DNA of 64,000 nt, taken from the NCBI GenBank assembly GCA_964016885.1, contig OZ024744.1:60388001-60452000 (forward strand), read 5' to 3'. A program made the translations under genes and the position numbers. The stretch comes from Eledone cirrhosa (Eukaryota). Numbering within the stretch: position 1 is the first letter of the stretch; every line of letters starts with the position of its first letter. Of this stretch, positions 39,831-52,126 are shown one piece after another. The notes under the pieces were generated by a model that saw only the letters and a list, made by a program, of their open reading frames with translations, had not been told where the DNA came from and ran no database searches.

Positions 39831-40129
39831 GTAGAAATGTTCTAAATTCCAGTCTCCCTTTTCAGGGAACAATGAGGCACAGCTTAGTTAACCCAAAATA
39901 ATGCTGTTGACCATACTGTTTCCAGAACTCTATTACAGACAAATTCCACAGTCTGGCTTTAGCCATGGTCAGATATAATGGAGGGACAAAGGGGACAATT
40001 GCCCCAAGGCGCCTGTAGTAGAAGGCCCCCACCAAGCAATGGCCATATTTATTTTTGCTCTCTGCTGGGCTTTTTAGTTTTATCCATTGACTATGAGAAC
40101 TATATTTTTAACAAAAAGTATTTAATTTC

Positions 40130-43100
40130 TGTAGCCGGAGGCATTCGGACTTACCTTGTGTCTCTCTGGTCCACGTGGGGGTACTTTCCGCTCCAGTCTG
40201 TCTTCACACGACTGTCACCTCACAGGGCGTGTAGCTGAGAGACCCCTGTTGACCGCCTGGTCCCTCGAGTCGCCCCCGTCCTCCTGCTTCCGGTCAGGCA
40301 TCCCCCAACTTCCAGCAATCCCCCTCCAACAGCAGCTCTACACCCCCTCTATCTCGCGGCAGCCCCACACGCCCCCCTGATCTCAAGGATCAATCCCCCC
40401 CCCCATCACACTGCTCCATCTCAAAATCCGCCTTCCTCCTAGGTTGGCGGTGGCTCTCTTGCGATCTCTACACTGTTGGGGTGGCACTTTCATTTTCCTC
40501 TTCCTCAAAGTCTGTCACCCCAACGACTCTATGGAGGTCCAAGATGTGACGTGACATTCCATCCACAGATTGAGATGTGCGACACGCGTTAGGGGGCTTG
40601 ACCCATACCTCTTTGCCCACTCGTACGAATGTGCTCTCTCCACCGGCTGCTGTGGTACCGTGCACGGGTGTCGCCATTCATATCTGTATATTTCCCTGTG
40701 CGGTACCAGAACACTGCCTCCGTTGGTGAAATGTGCCACTTTCTGCCATGGCATTGATCGTGCGATGATGTCTCTCCACGATCCCATTTCCACTTGGCCT
40801 GTGTGCCGCTCTGAAGAAGCGGTTCACCTTCCACTTGTGAAACATTTCCTTCAGCGCCTCCGAGCGAAATGCCATGCTGTTGTTCATCCACAGGGCCCCG
40901 CTCCAAGAATATCTCTCTCAGCGTCTGCACGATTTCCTCTGCAGTCCCTGTCTTCATTTCCCTCCATATCGCCATCCGCCCCAGCCCACAATTGACTATC
41001 AAAAGATACATTCCTTGTCGGTAGTGTGTCACGTCCACCGTTAATCGCTTCCAGTTGTGCTCCACCGGGATGCTTCCTGTCTCGTGCACACTTGGGGCAG
41101 GGTCGATAGACTGGCATCTGTTGCAACCTCCGACCATTCTCTGGACACTGTCTGCTAACATCAGAGTCGATTCTTCTAGGAACAGAGTCCTATCCACCCC
41201 CATGTGGTGCATGGTGTGCAGTCCCCTCAACTCCGAATCACTCAGCCGACACACTACCACTATCCCCTTCTCTGCGTCCCCTGGCATTTCCATCAAGGCT
41301 TTCTTCACTCTGGTTAATATGCCTGCCCTGTTTTTCTCTGAGGGCACAAAAACTACACTCAACTCCAGGCCAAACTCAGTGGACAGCTCTCCCAGAGTTT
41401 CCAGGCAGCACTTTATCAATATTTCTGCTGCCCCTCTCATTCGCACCCTCCTCTCACTGGTAAGCACTGATCTCACCCATCCGAGTCAGTGGCCGAGTCA
41501 GTGCGGATTTCTATGGTGCGCAGCCCCCATCTGAGGGCGAGATTCGACCCTCTCAGCACAGTATCCAGTTCGGCCACGTTGATCTGGTTGTAGTCCTCCT
41601 TCTTCCTGAGCCAGGCTGTGTCCTCAACCTTGACACCCCCCTATCTCCAGAGTGACCTCTAGTGCTATGTTGCTAGCATCACACCATACGGTCCCGCTCT
41701 CCGATTTGGGGACGCACCAGCGTCCTCTCACTGGGTCACCGCCTTTACCCTCTCCATGATTTCCTGCATCATGGCCAATGTCCTCTCTCAAACCATGTCA
41801 GCCCAGCTCACCCCATCTGCTCGTCTCTTGACATAGCTGCATGCTGTCCAGAGCCACCCTATGATTGGATAGTGCCCCACCAATTTACCACACATTGATA
41901 AGAGTTCCCGTCTATTCATATCAGGGCCCAGTTACGAGACTTCGTTACTCCTCCGAAACACGATTGTGCCCATCTTATCTCTTTGCAACCTGAGTCCTAG
42001 CGCAGCTCCTCCTTCCATCGCCTCCGGCGGTTTTGCGGTCAGCCCCAACCTTCCCAAGTGGCCTGAGACTTCTGCTGCTGACACCACCATCCACCAAGAT
42101 GTCGTCGATGTAGGAGTTGGTGGCCCTCTTCACCTTGTCCGCTTTCGCCAGAATGGCTTTGAGGACCGTCGCCATGATTTTTGGCGCAGAATTCAACCTA
42201 AAGCCAAGCCTGGTCAGGCAGTATGTCTGGTCCTTATACCTGACCAGCTGATATTTCCACAGCTTCTCATCTATGTGTAACTGCAGATATGCTGACTTTA
42301 AGTCGACAATCGTGGAGGCCCCCATCATTCGTCTCCACTCTCGCAAAGTTTCCCCGCAAACATCCGAGACCTCACCACCTGTGTGGTATGACATGTGTTC
42401 ATTCAGCTCACGAAAGTTCAGCCCCGGCCTAACCTTGTTCTTTGTGGTCTGCACCACTGCCATCAGCGGCAACACTCCACACTTCCCCTCCTTCCAAGGA
42501 AACAGTATACCCTCCTCGCTCCATCTCTGTATCTCTCCCTTAAACTCACTTCTGACATTTCCTTTCAGAGTATGCTGATAGCAGCCCACTCTGTTCTTCA
42601 GCATTGGTTGATCTCCCTTCCAGTACCACTCAACTACCCACCGCTGCCCATCGAACACCACCCTGAAATCCTTGTCCTGTAAGGTATTTTCTTTGTGGAT
42701 CGCCGTTCTTCGTGGATTCTCCCAGCACGCTCACAGCACATGATGTCCTCTCGCTACCAAATGTCACCCCAACTTCACTTACTGTAACACCTCCAAGGCA
42801 GCCAATCATGTCCATGCCCATTACTACATCAATTCCATCCACCACCTGGTCAATCACGATCGCCTGAAGCCTAATTTTTCTTCCCCGCACCACCATCGAC
42901 ACCTCACTGGTACCTCTGCATCTAATCTCCCTGCCGTCGACTGCTCTTATACTGCTCATCCTGCTCCACTTTTTAATCACCACCGTGGTCACTAGTGTTG
43001 TCGTGCAACCCGTGTCCACGAGTGCTCGCGATGGCTTCCCTTCCACCAAAACTTCCACTACGGGCAGTGACTGCAAAGGCACCTCTACTCACCTCCAGGG

Positions 43101-44234
43101 GTGGCTACCAGCACAGTAGCTCCCCTTAGACCATTTCCCTGGTCGCAATTATTAGTGATGTGGCCTGGTTGCTTGCAACAATAGCAGACTATAGCTGGCT
43201 TCAGCTTTCTGCAGTCCCTTGCCATGTGCGGGCCCGGGCACCTGAAGCACCGGCCTCCGAACACACGCGGACGACTATTCGCAGCAGCTGGTCTCCTTTC
43301 GTCATACATCGGTCGCTGTCGACTGCCATGGGCTTCCGTTGATGCCAGCGCTGCAACACACCACCTCGTGTCCTGTGTTATTACGTGGGCCTGTGCAATG
43401 TGCTCGCTCATGCTCATCTCCCTGTTGCCGGACAGCTGTTGGAGCTTCACGGAGATTTCGTCAGGGAACCCGCTCATAAAAGCCAACCGCACGGCGCATT
43501 CATGTTCTACCGCGAATCCAGCCAACGTAGCCAACCGCCGTAACTCTGTCGCGAACACGTCCACGTGCTCTCCCTGCCATCTCGCTCTGCCTAGCTTGGC
43601 AAAAGCAACGTACGGCCCCTCGGTGAATGCTTCCTTAAGTTGCTGTCCTATCCTCTCCGCGTTCAGTTGGTCGCTCTCGTCCATCTCGAGGTACAGTGCT
43701 AGGGCATCCCCGTCGAGATATAGAGCAATCAAACCATCAATGTTGTCAATGCCTTGCAGCGAGGCGACCAATGTGACCTTTCTCAACCAGGCCACATCTC
43801 CTTCACCATTAAAAGCCTTGATCGTCTCGCTATTCAATCTCAGTTTCGCTGCCATCTCCCCTGCAAGATCGGAAAAAAATCAACAACGATACCCCACGAA
43901 AGAGAACAAAAAAAAAAATTTTTTTTAAAAGGTAAACTAAAGGGCTGGCGTGCCGGGAATAAGAATGCCGAAAGATGGGAAATTTCATTAAACGCCGAAA
44001 TAGCCGGAGGCATTTGAACTTACTTTGTGTCTCTCTGGTCCACGTGGAAGTACTTTCCGCGTCTGTCTGCACACGTCCACCACCTCGCAGGGTGTATAGC
44101 TAAGAGGCCTCTGTTGACCGCCTGGTCCCTCAAGTCGCCCCTGTCCTCCTGCTTCCGGTCAGGCGTCCCTCAACTTCCGGCAATCCCCCTCCCACGGCAA
44201 CTCTACACCCCTTCTATCTCACGGCAGCCCCACA
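40130..44234 (-). mobile_element. Divergent Ty3/Gypsy LTR retrotransposon with 5-bp TSD, decayed
   Basis: LTRs 40130-40369 and 43999-44234; ATTTC at 40125-29 and 44235-39; G-rich PPT next to the left LTR; gag, PR (ALVDTG), RT (DLKSAYLQ, YIDD), RNase H (WCDAS), IN (HHCC, GNGIVER). Confidence 0.93.
43085..43855 (-). CDS. gag: Gag-like protein with two CCHC knuckles (open frame)
   Basis: 256-aa ORF with CFRCPGPHMARDC and CYCCKQPGHITNNC; slippery GGGAAAT at 43133-43139 just before the protease ORF. Confidence 0.8.
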   Translation of the reverse strand: MAAKLRLNSETIKAFNGEGDVAWLRKVTLVASLQGIDNIDGLIALYLDGDALALYLEMDESDQLNAERIGQQLKEAFTEGPYVAFAKLGRARWQGEHVDVFATELRRLATLAGFAVEHECAVRLAFMSGFPDEISVKLQQLSGNREMSMSEHIAQAHVITQDTRWCVAALASTEAHGSRQRPMYDERRPAAANSRPRVFGGRCFRCPGPHMARDCRKLKPAIVCYCCKQPGHITNNCDQGNGLRGATVLVATPGGE

Positions 44235-44948
44235 ATTTCCTTATTGTGGAATTCATTAAATTTTCTCAGCTTTAGAGACATCAGATTGCTATCAGAACAA
44301 TATTCTTCTAATAAAAAGCATTGAGACAGTTAGTATGGTGAGAAATTGAAGGCAATCAAATGGAGAAAATATAATGTTTAAGGGAACACTTTAGTGGGGC
44401 TAAGCATGTGATGCTTTCTTTAGTACTAATGCCACAATAAAATGTACTCAATACATCCTGTAAATTGTTAGTGTTGGTACCTTGATAGAATATACCTAGT
44501 CAATTGTGTAAAGTGTTGTGCTGGTATCACAGAAACAATGCACCCAGTAAACACTCTAAAATGCTTATGTTAGGAAGCACATCCAGCCATAGAAACCATG
44601 TTAAATATGTAATGTATGATCAAGATGAAGTGTCTCCGATATGTCTGATCTCAGACTTTGACAACCTGTCCAACATATGTCAATGTGGGAAGTGGGCATA
44701 AAATGAGGATGGTTAAATTTTTTAAAATTTAATTCCAGTATGTAAAACTTGCGCCAAGCCAACTTTGATGTGTAGCGAAATCTGTCCACACTTTGACCCC
44801 TAGGTGACATTTAACGGTCATTTTCTGGGTTATCTCCTTTCAAGCATAAACAAGTCTGAGAGTGGACGACATATAAATAGCCTGTCTTAGATCAAGCGGT
44901 AAAGCAGTTCTTGATAGAGAAAACATGTAAAACATTTAGGATCTTATA

Positions 44949-44999
<51 letters not shown>

Positions 45000-47900
45000 T
45001 CCCTCTCTCTCTCTCTCTCTTAACCAAGACAGTGAAGTTTGTGAAGTTTTCTTGGTAAATACAATTTAATTCTACTTTTACAAACAAATAACGTACATAA
45101 TTCCTGTGTATTTTTCGTATAACTCTGGCATGAGTTATTTTCAATAAATTAATAATATAGCGGTTTGGTGTCATCGTGGTTCATTTATATATATATTCAT
45201 TTTATGCGTGATCGAGGAACTATCATATCATCTTATTGACCTCTTACTTACTTAACTGCACACATGCAACCTCTGGTCACACTGTAGCACACAACAGTGA
45301 CTGCACGACACAGCAAGTTATAAGTGAGCACGCACGCAACAAACAAATTATAGTGACCCCTAGCGATGAAACCCAGAACTCATGAGAGTTACGTCCCTTG
45401 GGGACAGTAGGGACCCTTAGTGTCACCTACAAGAGGTAATCGGAATTACGTCCCCATATATATATTGAGACCGCCAGAGCATTCTATCTCTTTGGCACCC
45501 AGCAGCACTTGGGAGAAGATGAATTGTGCCTTCTCCAACCTTTTAAGTTTACTCACAACACGTGAAGTAAAATATACCAAGAGCAAACTCTCGTACCCAC
45601 TATGGTCTGAAACTACTCAGCCAACTAAACCATCAACAAGCTTTGTAACTCATGTATTGTTCTATTTTTGACTACCATGAAGTAAACCTTTCTACAAAAA
45701 AGTAAATCAGCCTTTTACGTTATTTCCAAAACTGTTATAATATAATAATATATATAATATATATGTAATATATGTATAATACCATTCTTCTAAAGTGGTG
45801 ACCCCGAAAAAAATAATACTAAGTGGTATTATATATATAAAAAGAAAAGAAAAAAAAAAGAAAAGAAAACAACACGCTTTTACTAAGATCAACAACTTTC
45901 TTAGTAATATTTAATTACCAAACTCCTCATCTGTGTTGTATGAAGTCTCAAATTATTTACACAACAAAAGACAGTGCTGCTAGCTTCCTAGCAAACAAAC
46001 AATTGCATAAATTTTTTTTTTTTCTTTCCCTATCTGTATAATTTTTGAAGATGTCAAGATGGCACCTTTCTTCCCCATCAATCTTTTTGGGGGGCGCGAA
46101 ACTGTGTGCCATGTTGGTTTTTGTTTTAGGTTCACTGTAAATGTATTGTTAATGCCATTGCTTGATTAGTCGCTCCCTTTACACGTTATCTCGGATGCAT
46201 TCTTTTTCCTGTCCGGTTGTTTGACAGAAAAAAAACAAGTGGATTTATTTTCTTCTTCCCTTGTGGGGAACTCATACAGACGGCGCAGCTCTAATGGCTA
46301 TGCAGAAAGCCATTCTGGAACTCACCCTGGAGCTACAGAAGCTGAAGGCCTCTAGTGGTGCTTGTTCGCACTCGCGCAGCAGCGGTAGATCTTACTTTTT
46401 CAGACACCACCCCAGGTCACCAGCTTCATCTTTATTCTGGTACCTGTGTGCAGCGTGTTCGTTTCTGAAGTCAGGAAACGCCAGAGAGGTTCACTGACGG
46501 CGGCAGCTAACCTCAGAATAAAGCTACCAAACCGCCGTTTCTTCATCAAGGACCTTATATCTGGAAGAGGCTTCCTCGTGGATACAGGAGCCTCCTGTAG
46601 TATTTGGCCGGTCCATTGCCTAAAGGATACCCCCGTGGAGTCATCCGTTACTCTGCAGGCTGTTAACTACTCACCTATAAAGACGTATGGACAAATCTCG
46701 CTTCCCTCAAATTCCAAAATCTTTGTAGGGATTTAAAATGGATTTTTACGGTCGATGACTTGCCGTACCCTATCTTAGGAGTGGATTTCCTCCACAATTT
46801 CTCCTTGACTGTGGACGTCCGTGGCCAACGCCTGGTGGATGATATCACCGGTTTCTCAATTCGTGGCCGAAAAGCCAATGCTCCCATGATCAGCCCAATA
46901 TTCTTCATCGCTGCCACTGGAGACGCCTACCATTCGTTGTTAGAATCGTTCCCGATGGAGATTTTCGAGTTACTGAGCCAACTCACTCAACCAGACATTT
47001 TATTTCCACAACTGGTGCTCCAGTATTTTCACGTCCACGTTGTTTACCAGCGGGCAAGGTAAAGGCAGCACGGTCGGAGTTCGACCATATGCTGCAGTTG
47101 GACATTATTCGCCCATCTACGAATCCTTGGGCTTCCTCGTTACATATGGTGCCCAAGACTTCTGGCGACTGGAGACCCACTGGGGATTATAGGAGGTTAA
47201 ACATGATGACCGTCCCGGATAGATATCCGATTCCCCATCTCCAGGATTTCACATCTTTGTTGCAGGGTCGTAAGATTTTCTCAAAACTCGATTTAGTGCG
47301 AGCTTACCACCAAATTCCGGTCAGGGAGGAAGACATTCCGAAAACAGCTATTACGACTCCTTGCGGATCCTTCGAGTTTTTGACCATGCCTTTCGGACTC
47401 AGGAATGCTGCTAACACTTTTCAGCTCGCCGACTCCAGGATTACCGCGTTCAAGTGAATCCCGCAAAGTATGTTTTTGGATCCGCTTCTCTGAATTTTTT
47501 AGGTCACATGATCGACGCCAAGGGTATTTGACCCCTTCCGCAGCGAGTTAAGGCTATACAGGATTTACCTCCACCTACTACACTTCACCAGTTGCATCAC
47601 TTCTTAGGCCTAATCAATTTTTATAGACCTTTCGTTCCTCAATGTGCAAAATTACTGTTTTCCCTTAACGAGATTTTGAAAAGTCGTTGTAAGAAGAATG
47701 AGTATATTTCCTAGACACAAGGACAACTCGAAGACTTCCAGACTGCCAAGACAGCACTTGCTAAATCATCTAATATATCTGTCATTGAAACATTTTTCTC
47801 ATATTCTTGAGGGAAGAATTTTTACAGTTTTCACTGACCACAAACCTCTGACCTTCGCTTTGAGGGCTAAAGCCGACAAATATTCACCCAGAGAGACAAG

Positions 47901-50887
47901 GCACCTTGATTACATTTCACAGTTTACAAATGATATACAGCACATTGCTGGCTCACTAAACACAGCTGCAGACGCTTTGTCACGCTTGCCAATCAGCTCG
48001 ATTTCGTCATCCCAGGAGATCGATTTAAGCCATCTGGCAGCAGACCAACCTGCACTCGAATCGTTGGATACTCAATCAGCCGAATTTGCGACTTGCAACC
48101 TGAAATATCTGCCCTTGTCAACTACCGACAGGTAGATCCTCTGCGACGTATCTACGGATTCACCATGACCTTATGTTCCCGAGACTCACCATCGAATTGT
48201 GTTCCTTGCTTTGCACAGCATTTCTCACCCAGGAATTTCAGCCACAGTAAAGCTCATAACGGCTAGATTTTTCTGGCCAAATATGAGGCAAGAAATTACT
48301 GCCTGGTGCCGTCCCTGCACACAGTGTCAAAAGTCCACAGACACATCCGGACTCCACTTGGTACTTTCAGTACTCTGGATGCTCGTTTTCAACACATTCA
48401 CATTGATATCGTTGGACCTTGGCCATTCAGTAGTAGATATTCTTACCTTTTGACCTGCATTGATCATTTTTGCGATGGCCTGAAGCCATTCCCTTAAAGG
48501 ACATTACCGCCGAAACGATAGCGCGTGCCCTGGTATCAGGGTGGATTGCCCACTATGGTGTGCCAACCACAATTACCACAGACCGTGGTAGGTAATTTGA
48601 ATCTCATCTTTTCTCAGAGCTGACAAAAATCATTGGTGCTCAACGAATCTGGACCACAGCTTATCATCCTGCTTCGAACGGAATGGTGGAACGTTTTCAC
48701 CGCCAATTAAAGGCCGCTCTTCGTGCCTACCCAGACTCTCTACGTTGGAGCAAGTACCTTCCTATTGTGTTATTAGGAATTCGGTCATCAATAAAGGAGG
48801 ACCTTGGGTTCTCCCCAAACGAATTATTGTATGGTGCTCCTCTAGCATTGCCTGGGCAAATGCTTGCCCCTGTTGATCTTGCTTTTCAGGACCCTCTTTC
48901 CTACGTATCTCGTTTGCACTCCTATTTTCAGGACTTACTGCCTATGGATACTAGGAAACAAACTATTAAAACCGCAGTCCCGAGGGATATTGCCTCGTGG
49001 ACACATGTATTCGCCTATCGTCTAGAGGAGGGTATTGTAGTGACCCCTAGCAGTGAAACCCAGAACTCATGAGAGTTACGTCCCTTGGGGACGGTAGGGA
49101 CCCCTCGTGTCACCTACAAGAGGTAATTGGAGTTATGTCCCCATGGGGACTATATATTGAGACCGCCAGAGCATTCTATCTCTTTGGCACTCAGCAGCAC
49201 TCGGGAGAAGATGAACTGTCAGTGCAGGATTTCCGTATAAGCTAAACAAGCTATAGCTTAGGTCCCCACTTTCTTGGGGCCCGAAAAAATTTAAAAAAAA
49301 CGGTGTGTACATTTCCAAAATATAAGATAAAAAAGAACTAAAATAATGCAATAGTTTTAAAAGGTTTTCTGCTTTAATATTGAACGTTTTGCAGTTTTTA
49401 TAACATTTTTTATAACATACTAGCAGAGGTACCCGGCGTTGCACGGGATAAGGTATTTTGGAACGCGGGCCGCCAACAGACCTAATCGTGGAAAAACTGC
49501 ATGCCTGGACAATGTAAAGAAAATAAACCGAATACTCTGATGGCTGAATAATCTTTAAGATTTTCCTCGATGAAGCAGGAAAAATGCAGGTTTTCCCCTA
49601 AAGTGGGTATTAGGGGACCAAGAAAATAATTTTTTTTTATGTGCATAATATGCTTTGAAATTTTGGGAAAATCGGTTAGACGTAACACTTCCAAAAAGCC
49701 CTAAAAAGCTGAAAAAAATTAAGTTTTCCACCTAATGCGGGCCCTAGGCTTTAAAAAAGTTGGATTTTCTTTGCTCAAGGTATGAAGAAGAGACTGACTA
49801 ATACATAGTTACAATTTCAAGGAAATCGGTCTGACGTAACGCCTCAAAAAAACCCTAAAAAGCTTTAAAAACGCAGTTTTTCACCTAATGCGGGCCCTAG
49901 GAGATCAAAAAGTTGAATTTTTTATGTGCATAACACTCCCTGAAACATAAGTAATACAGATGTAAAGTTTGAAAAAAATCGGTTGGGTACTTCTCGAGTT
50001 TTAGGGATTCAAACTCACAGACACACACACACAGACATCCTCAGGGAAGTGACGTAATGCAGACAGTCAGACATGCAGACAGATATTATAAGGGCGCGAC
50101 GTTATATGTATGTATCTATCTAAAAAGAGAAAGACTAAGAATTATAGAGAGAGATCGCTAAATCGCCTAATGCAGTCCCTAGGGCATTAAAAATTTGAAA
50201 TTTCTTTTGCTCAGATCACTCCCTGAAACATAAGTATTACATGTGTAAAGTTTGAAAACAGTCGGTTGGGTGGTTCTCGAGTTTTAGGGATTCAAACTCA
50301 CACACACACACAGACAGACATCCTCAGTTTTATATATATAGACTAGCAGAAAACCACCCGGTGGGCGGTTTTCTGCTAGCAAATCTAGTGTATATACTGA
50401 TATCGTTGAGATTTGGATGAGAAATGTTTTCGGCACCACATGTTCACCGTCTCTCGGTATGTCTTTTATGCATGTATAAATATATATGTTATCTATACGG
50501 TGAAATCTTTGAAATAAATATATGTTAAAACGAAAAAGGAGAAAGAGAGATTAGTGACGGAAATATAAACGTTATGATACATAAACGTTATGATATAACG
50601 ATGGAAATATATCTTCAAATGGTCCTTGGCATGGTGTCAAGTCAGAACCGCCTCGAACTGGTTACTTCTGGCTTGTGCAAGGTGTCTCTATAGCAACCAG
50701 CGATTCCCTCGGCCTCAGTGACCAAAGTCAGTGGAGAGGGGAAGGTAATGTTTCTATAGCGACAGTGTTTCTCTTGGTAGTACCAAAGTGGAGAAAGGAA
50801 GGGGAAGGTAATATTTCTGTAGCACCTACATTTGAGTTTTAGGGAAGGACAGACAGACAGACAGACAGACAAACAGAGAAATTCCCA

Positions 50888-50952
50888 TATATTTCTGTGT
50901 GTGTATATATATATTTATATATATTACACACACATAAATGTATATATATTTC

Positions 50953-50983
<31 letters not shown>

Positions 50984-51110
50984 TACACACACAGAAATGT
51001 ATATATATTTCTGTGTGTATATATATATATATATATTACACACACAGAAATGTATATATATTTCTGTGTGTATATATATATATTACACACACAGAAATGT
51101 ATATATATTT
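50888..51110. repeat. Palindromic ~50-bp minisatellite, four units
   Basis: TTTCTGTGTGTG(TA)n-TTACACACACAGAAA-TG(TA)n. Confidence 0.9.
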
Positions 51111-51236
51111 CTTAGAACAAAATTATTATTAATGTTTTGCTGTTCATAACAATTGGAATTGAAAAATTACTTTTGAAATTATTAGTTATTTTACTAATGC
51201 TTAGATATGTAAAAATGAAGCAATGTTTCTAATAAT

Positions 51237-51422
51237 TGTTTCTACTTTTGGCACAAAGCCAGCAATTACTCAGTACATTACTGGTACTTTATTTTATCGA
51301 CCCCGTGAGGATGAAATGCAAAGTTAACCTCGGCGGTATTTGAACTCAGACCGTAAAGGGACGTAACTCCATGCTATGAAGCATGGTGTCCGACTCTCTA
51401 CAGATTCTGCCAATCCACCGCC
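51237..51422 (-). mobile_element. Full-length Nin/Deu-like SINE
   Basis: Same family as 12727; follows TAATAAT. Confidence 0.88.
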
Positions 51423-51619
51423 CTAATGTCTGTACGTAATGAGGGAGTGAGAGGGGAGAGAAAGAAAGGCAGAGGTGAAGTGACGAAGTGACTCTCTCCT
51501 CCTCCTCCTCCTCCTCCATCTCCCCATTCGTCACAGCGATAGAGGGGAGGAATGTTAGTGTGTTACAAAGAGAAAGAGTGAGAGTGAGAGAAACAGACAG
51601 ACTAAAAGAGAGGGATAGC

Positions 51620-51692
<73 letters not shown>

Positions 51693-52126
51693 CAACCACG
51701 CGCGCACGTGTTTCCACTGTCGGACAGACAGACAGAGAAATTGCTGGTTATATATTATAAGGAGATAAAGGACCCCATTATCTCAAATAGCTTAGGGTCT
51801 CATCAAATCTAAATCCGGCCCTGTGAACTGTGCCTTCTCCAACCTTTTAAGTTTACTCACAACACGTGAAGTAAAATATACCAAGAGCAAACTCTCGTAC
51901 CCACTATGGTCTGAAACTACTCAGCCAACTGAACGATCAACAAGCTTCGTAACTCCGGTAATATATGTATTGTTCTATTTTTGACTACCATGAAGTAAAC
52001 CTTTCTAGAAAAAAGTAAATCAGCCTTTTATGTTATTTCCAAAACTGTTATAATAATATATGTATAATACCATTCTTCTAAAGAATCAACTCACCACCTC
52101 GACCAAACAAATAATCGCTATAGATA

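Larger units (their letters stand above)
49420..51765 (-). mobile_element. Composite non-autonomous Helitron (at least two head-to-tail units)
   Basis: On the minus strand: A|TC start at 51765, hairpin CCCGTGCAACGCCGGG followed by CTAG|T at 49420, internal CTAG|TC junction at 50343/50342, and (TGTC)n near each 5' end. Confidence 0.82.
49220..51823. mobile_element. Non-autonomous hAT-type element with 8-bp TSD
   Basis: TIRs CAGTGCAGGATTT / AAATCCGGCCCTG; TGAACTGT at 49212-19 and 51824-31; the 5' LTR shows the empty site at ~45520. Confidence 0.9.
45349..52082 (+). mobile_element. Ty3/Gypsy CsRN1-like element, heavily decayed; 3' LTR interrupted
   Basis: 5' LTR 45349-45794; PBS 45796-45806; PR (FLVDTGA), RT, RH and IN fragments 46446-49020; PPT ~49024-49032; 3' LTR 49036-49219 + 51832-52082. 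Confidence 0.92.
44771..52122. mobile_element. Solo LTR split by a nested insertion (44771-45348 + 52083-52122)
   Basis: TGTAGCGA...TCGCTATA inverted termini; flanks GATG/GATA (one mismatch); contains TATAAATA and (CT)n. Confidence 0.6.

Noticed and set aside
43224-43928. 234-aa antisense ORF over gag (also 18719..19183 and other antisense ORFs)
   Set aside because: Shadow frames of GC-richer coding sequence with no recognisable motifs.
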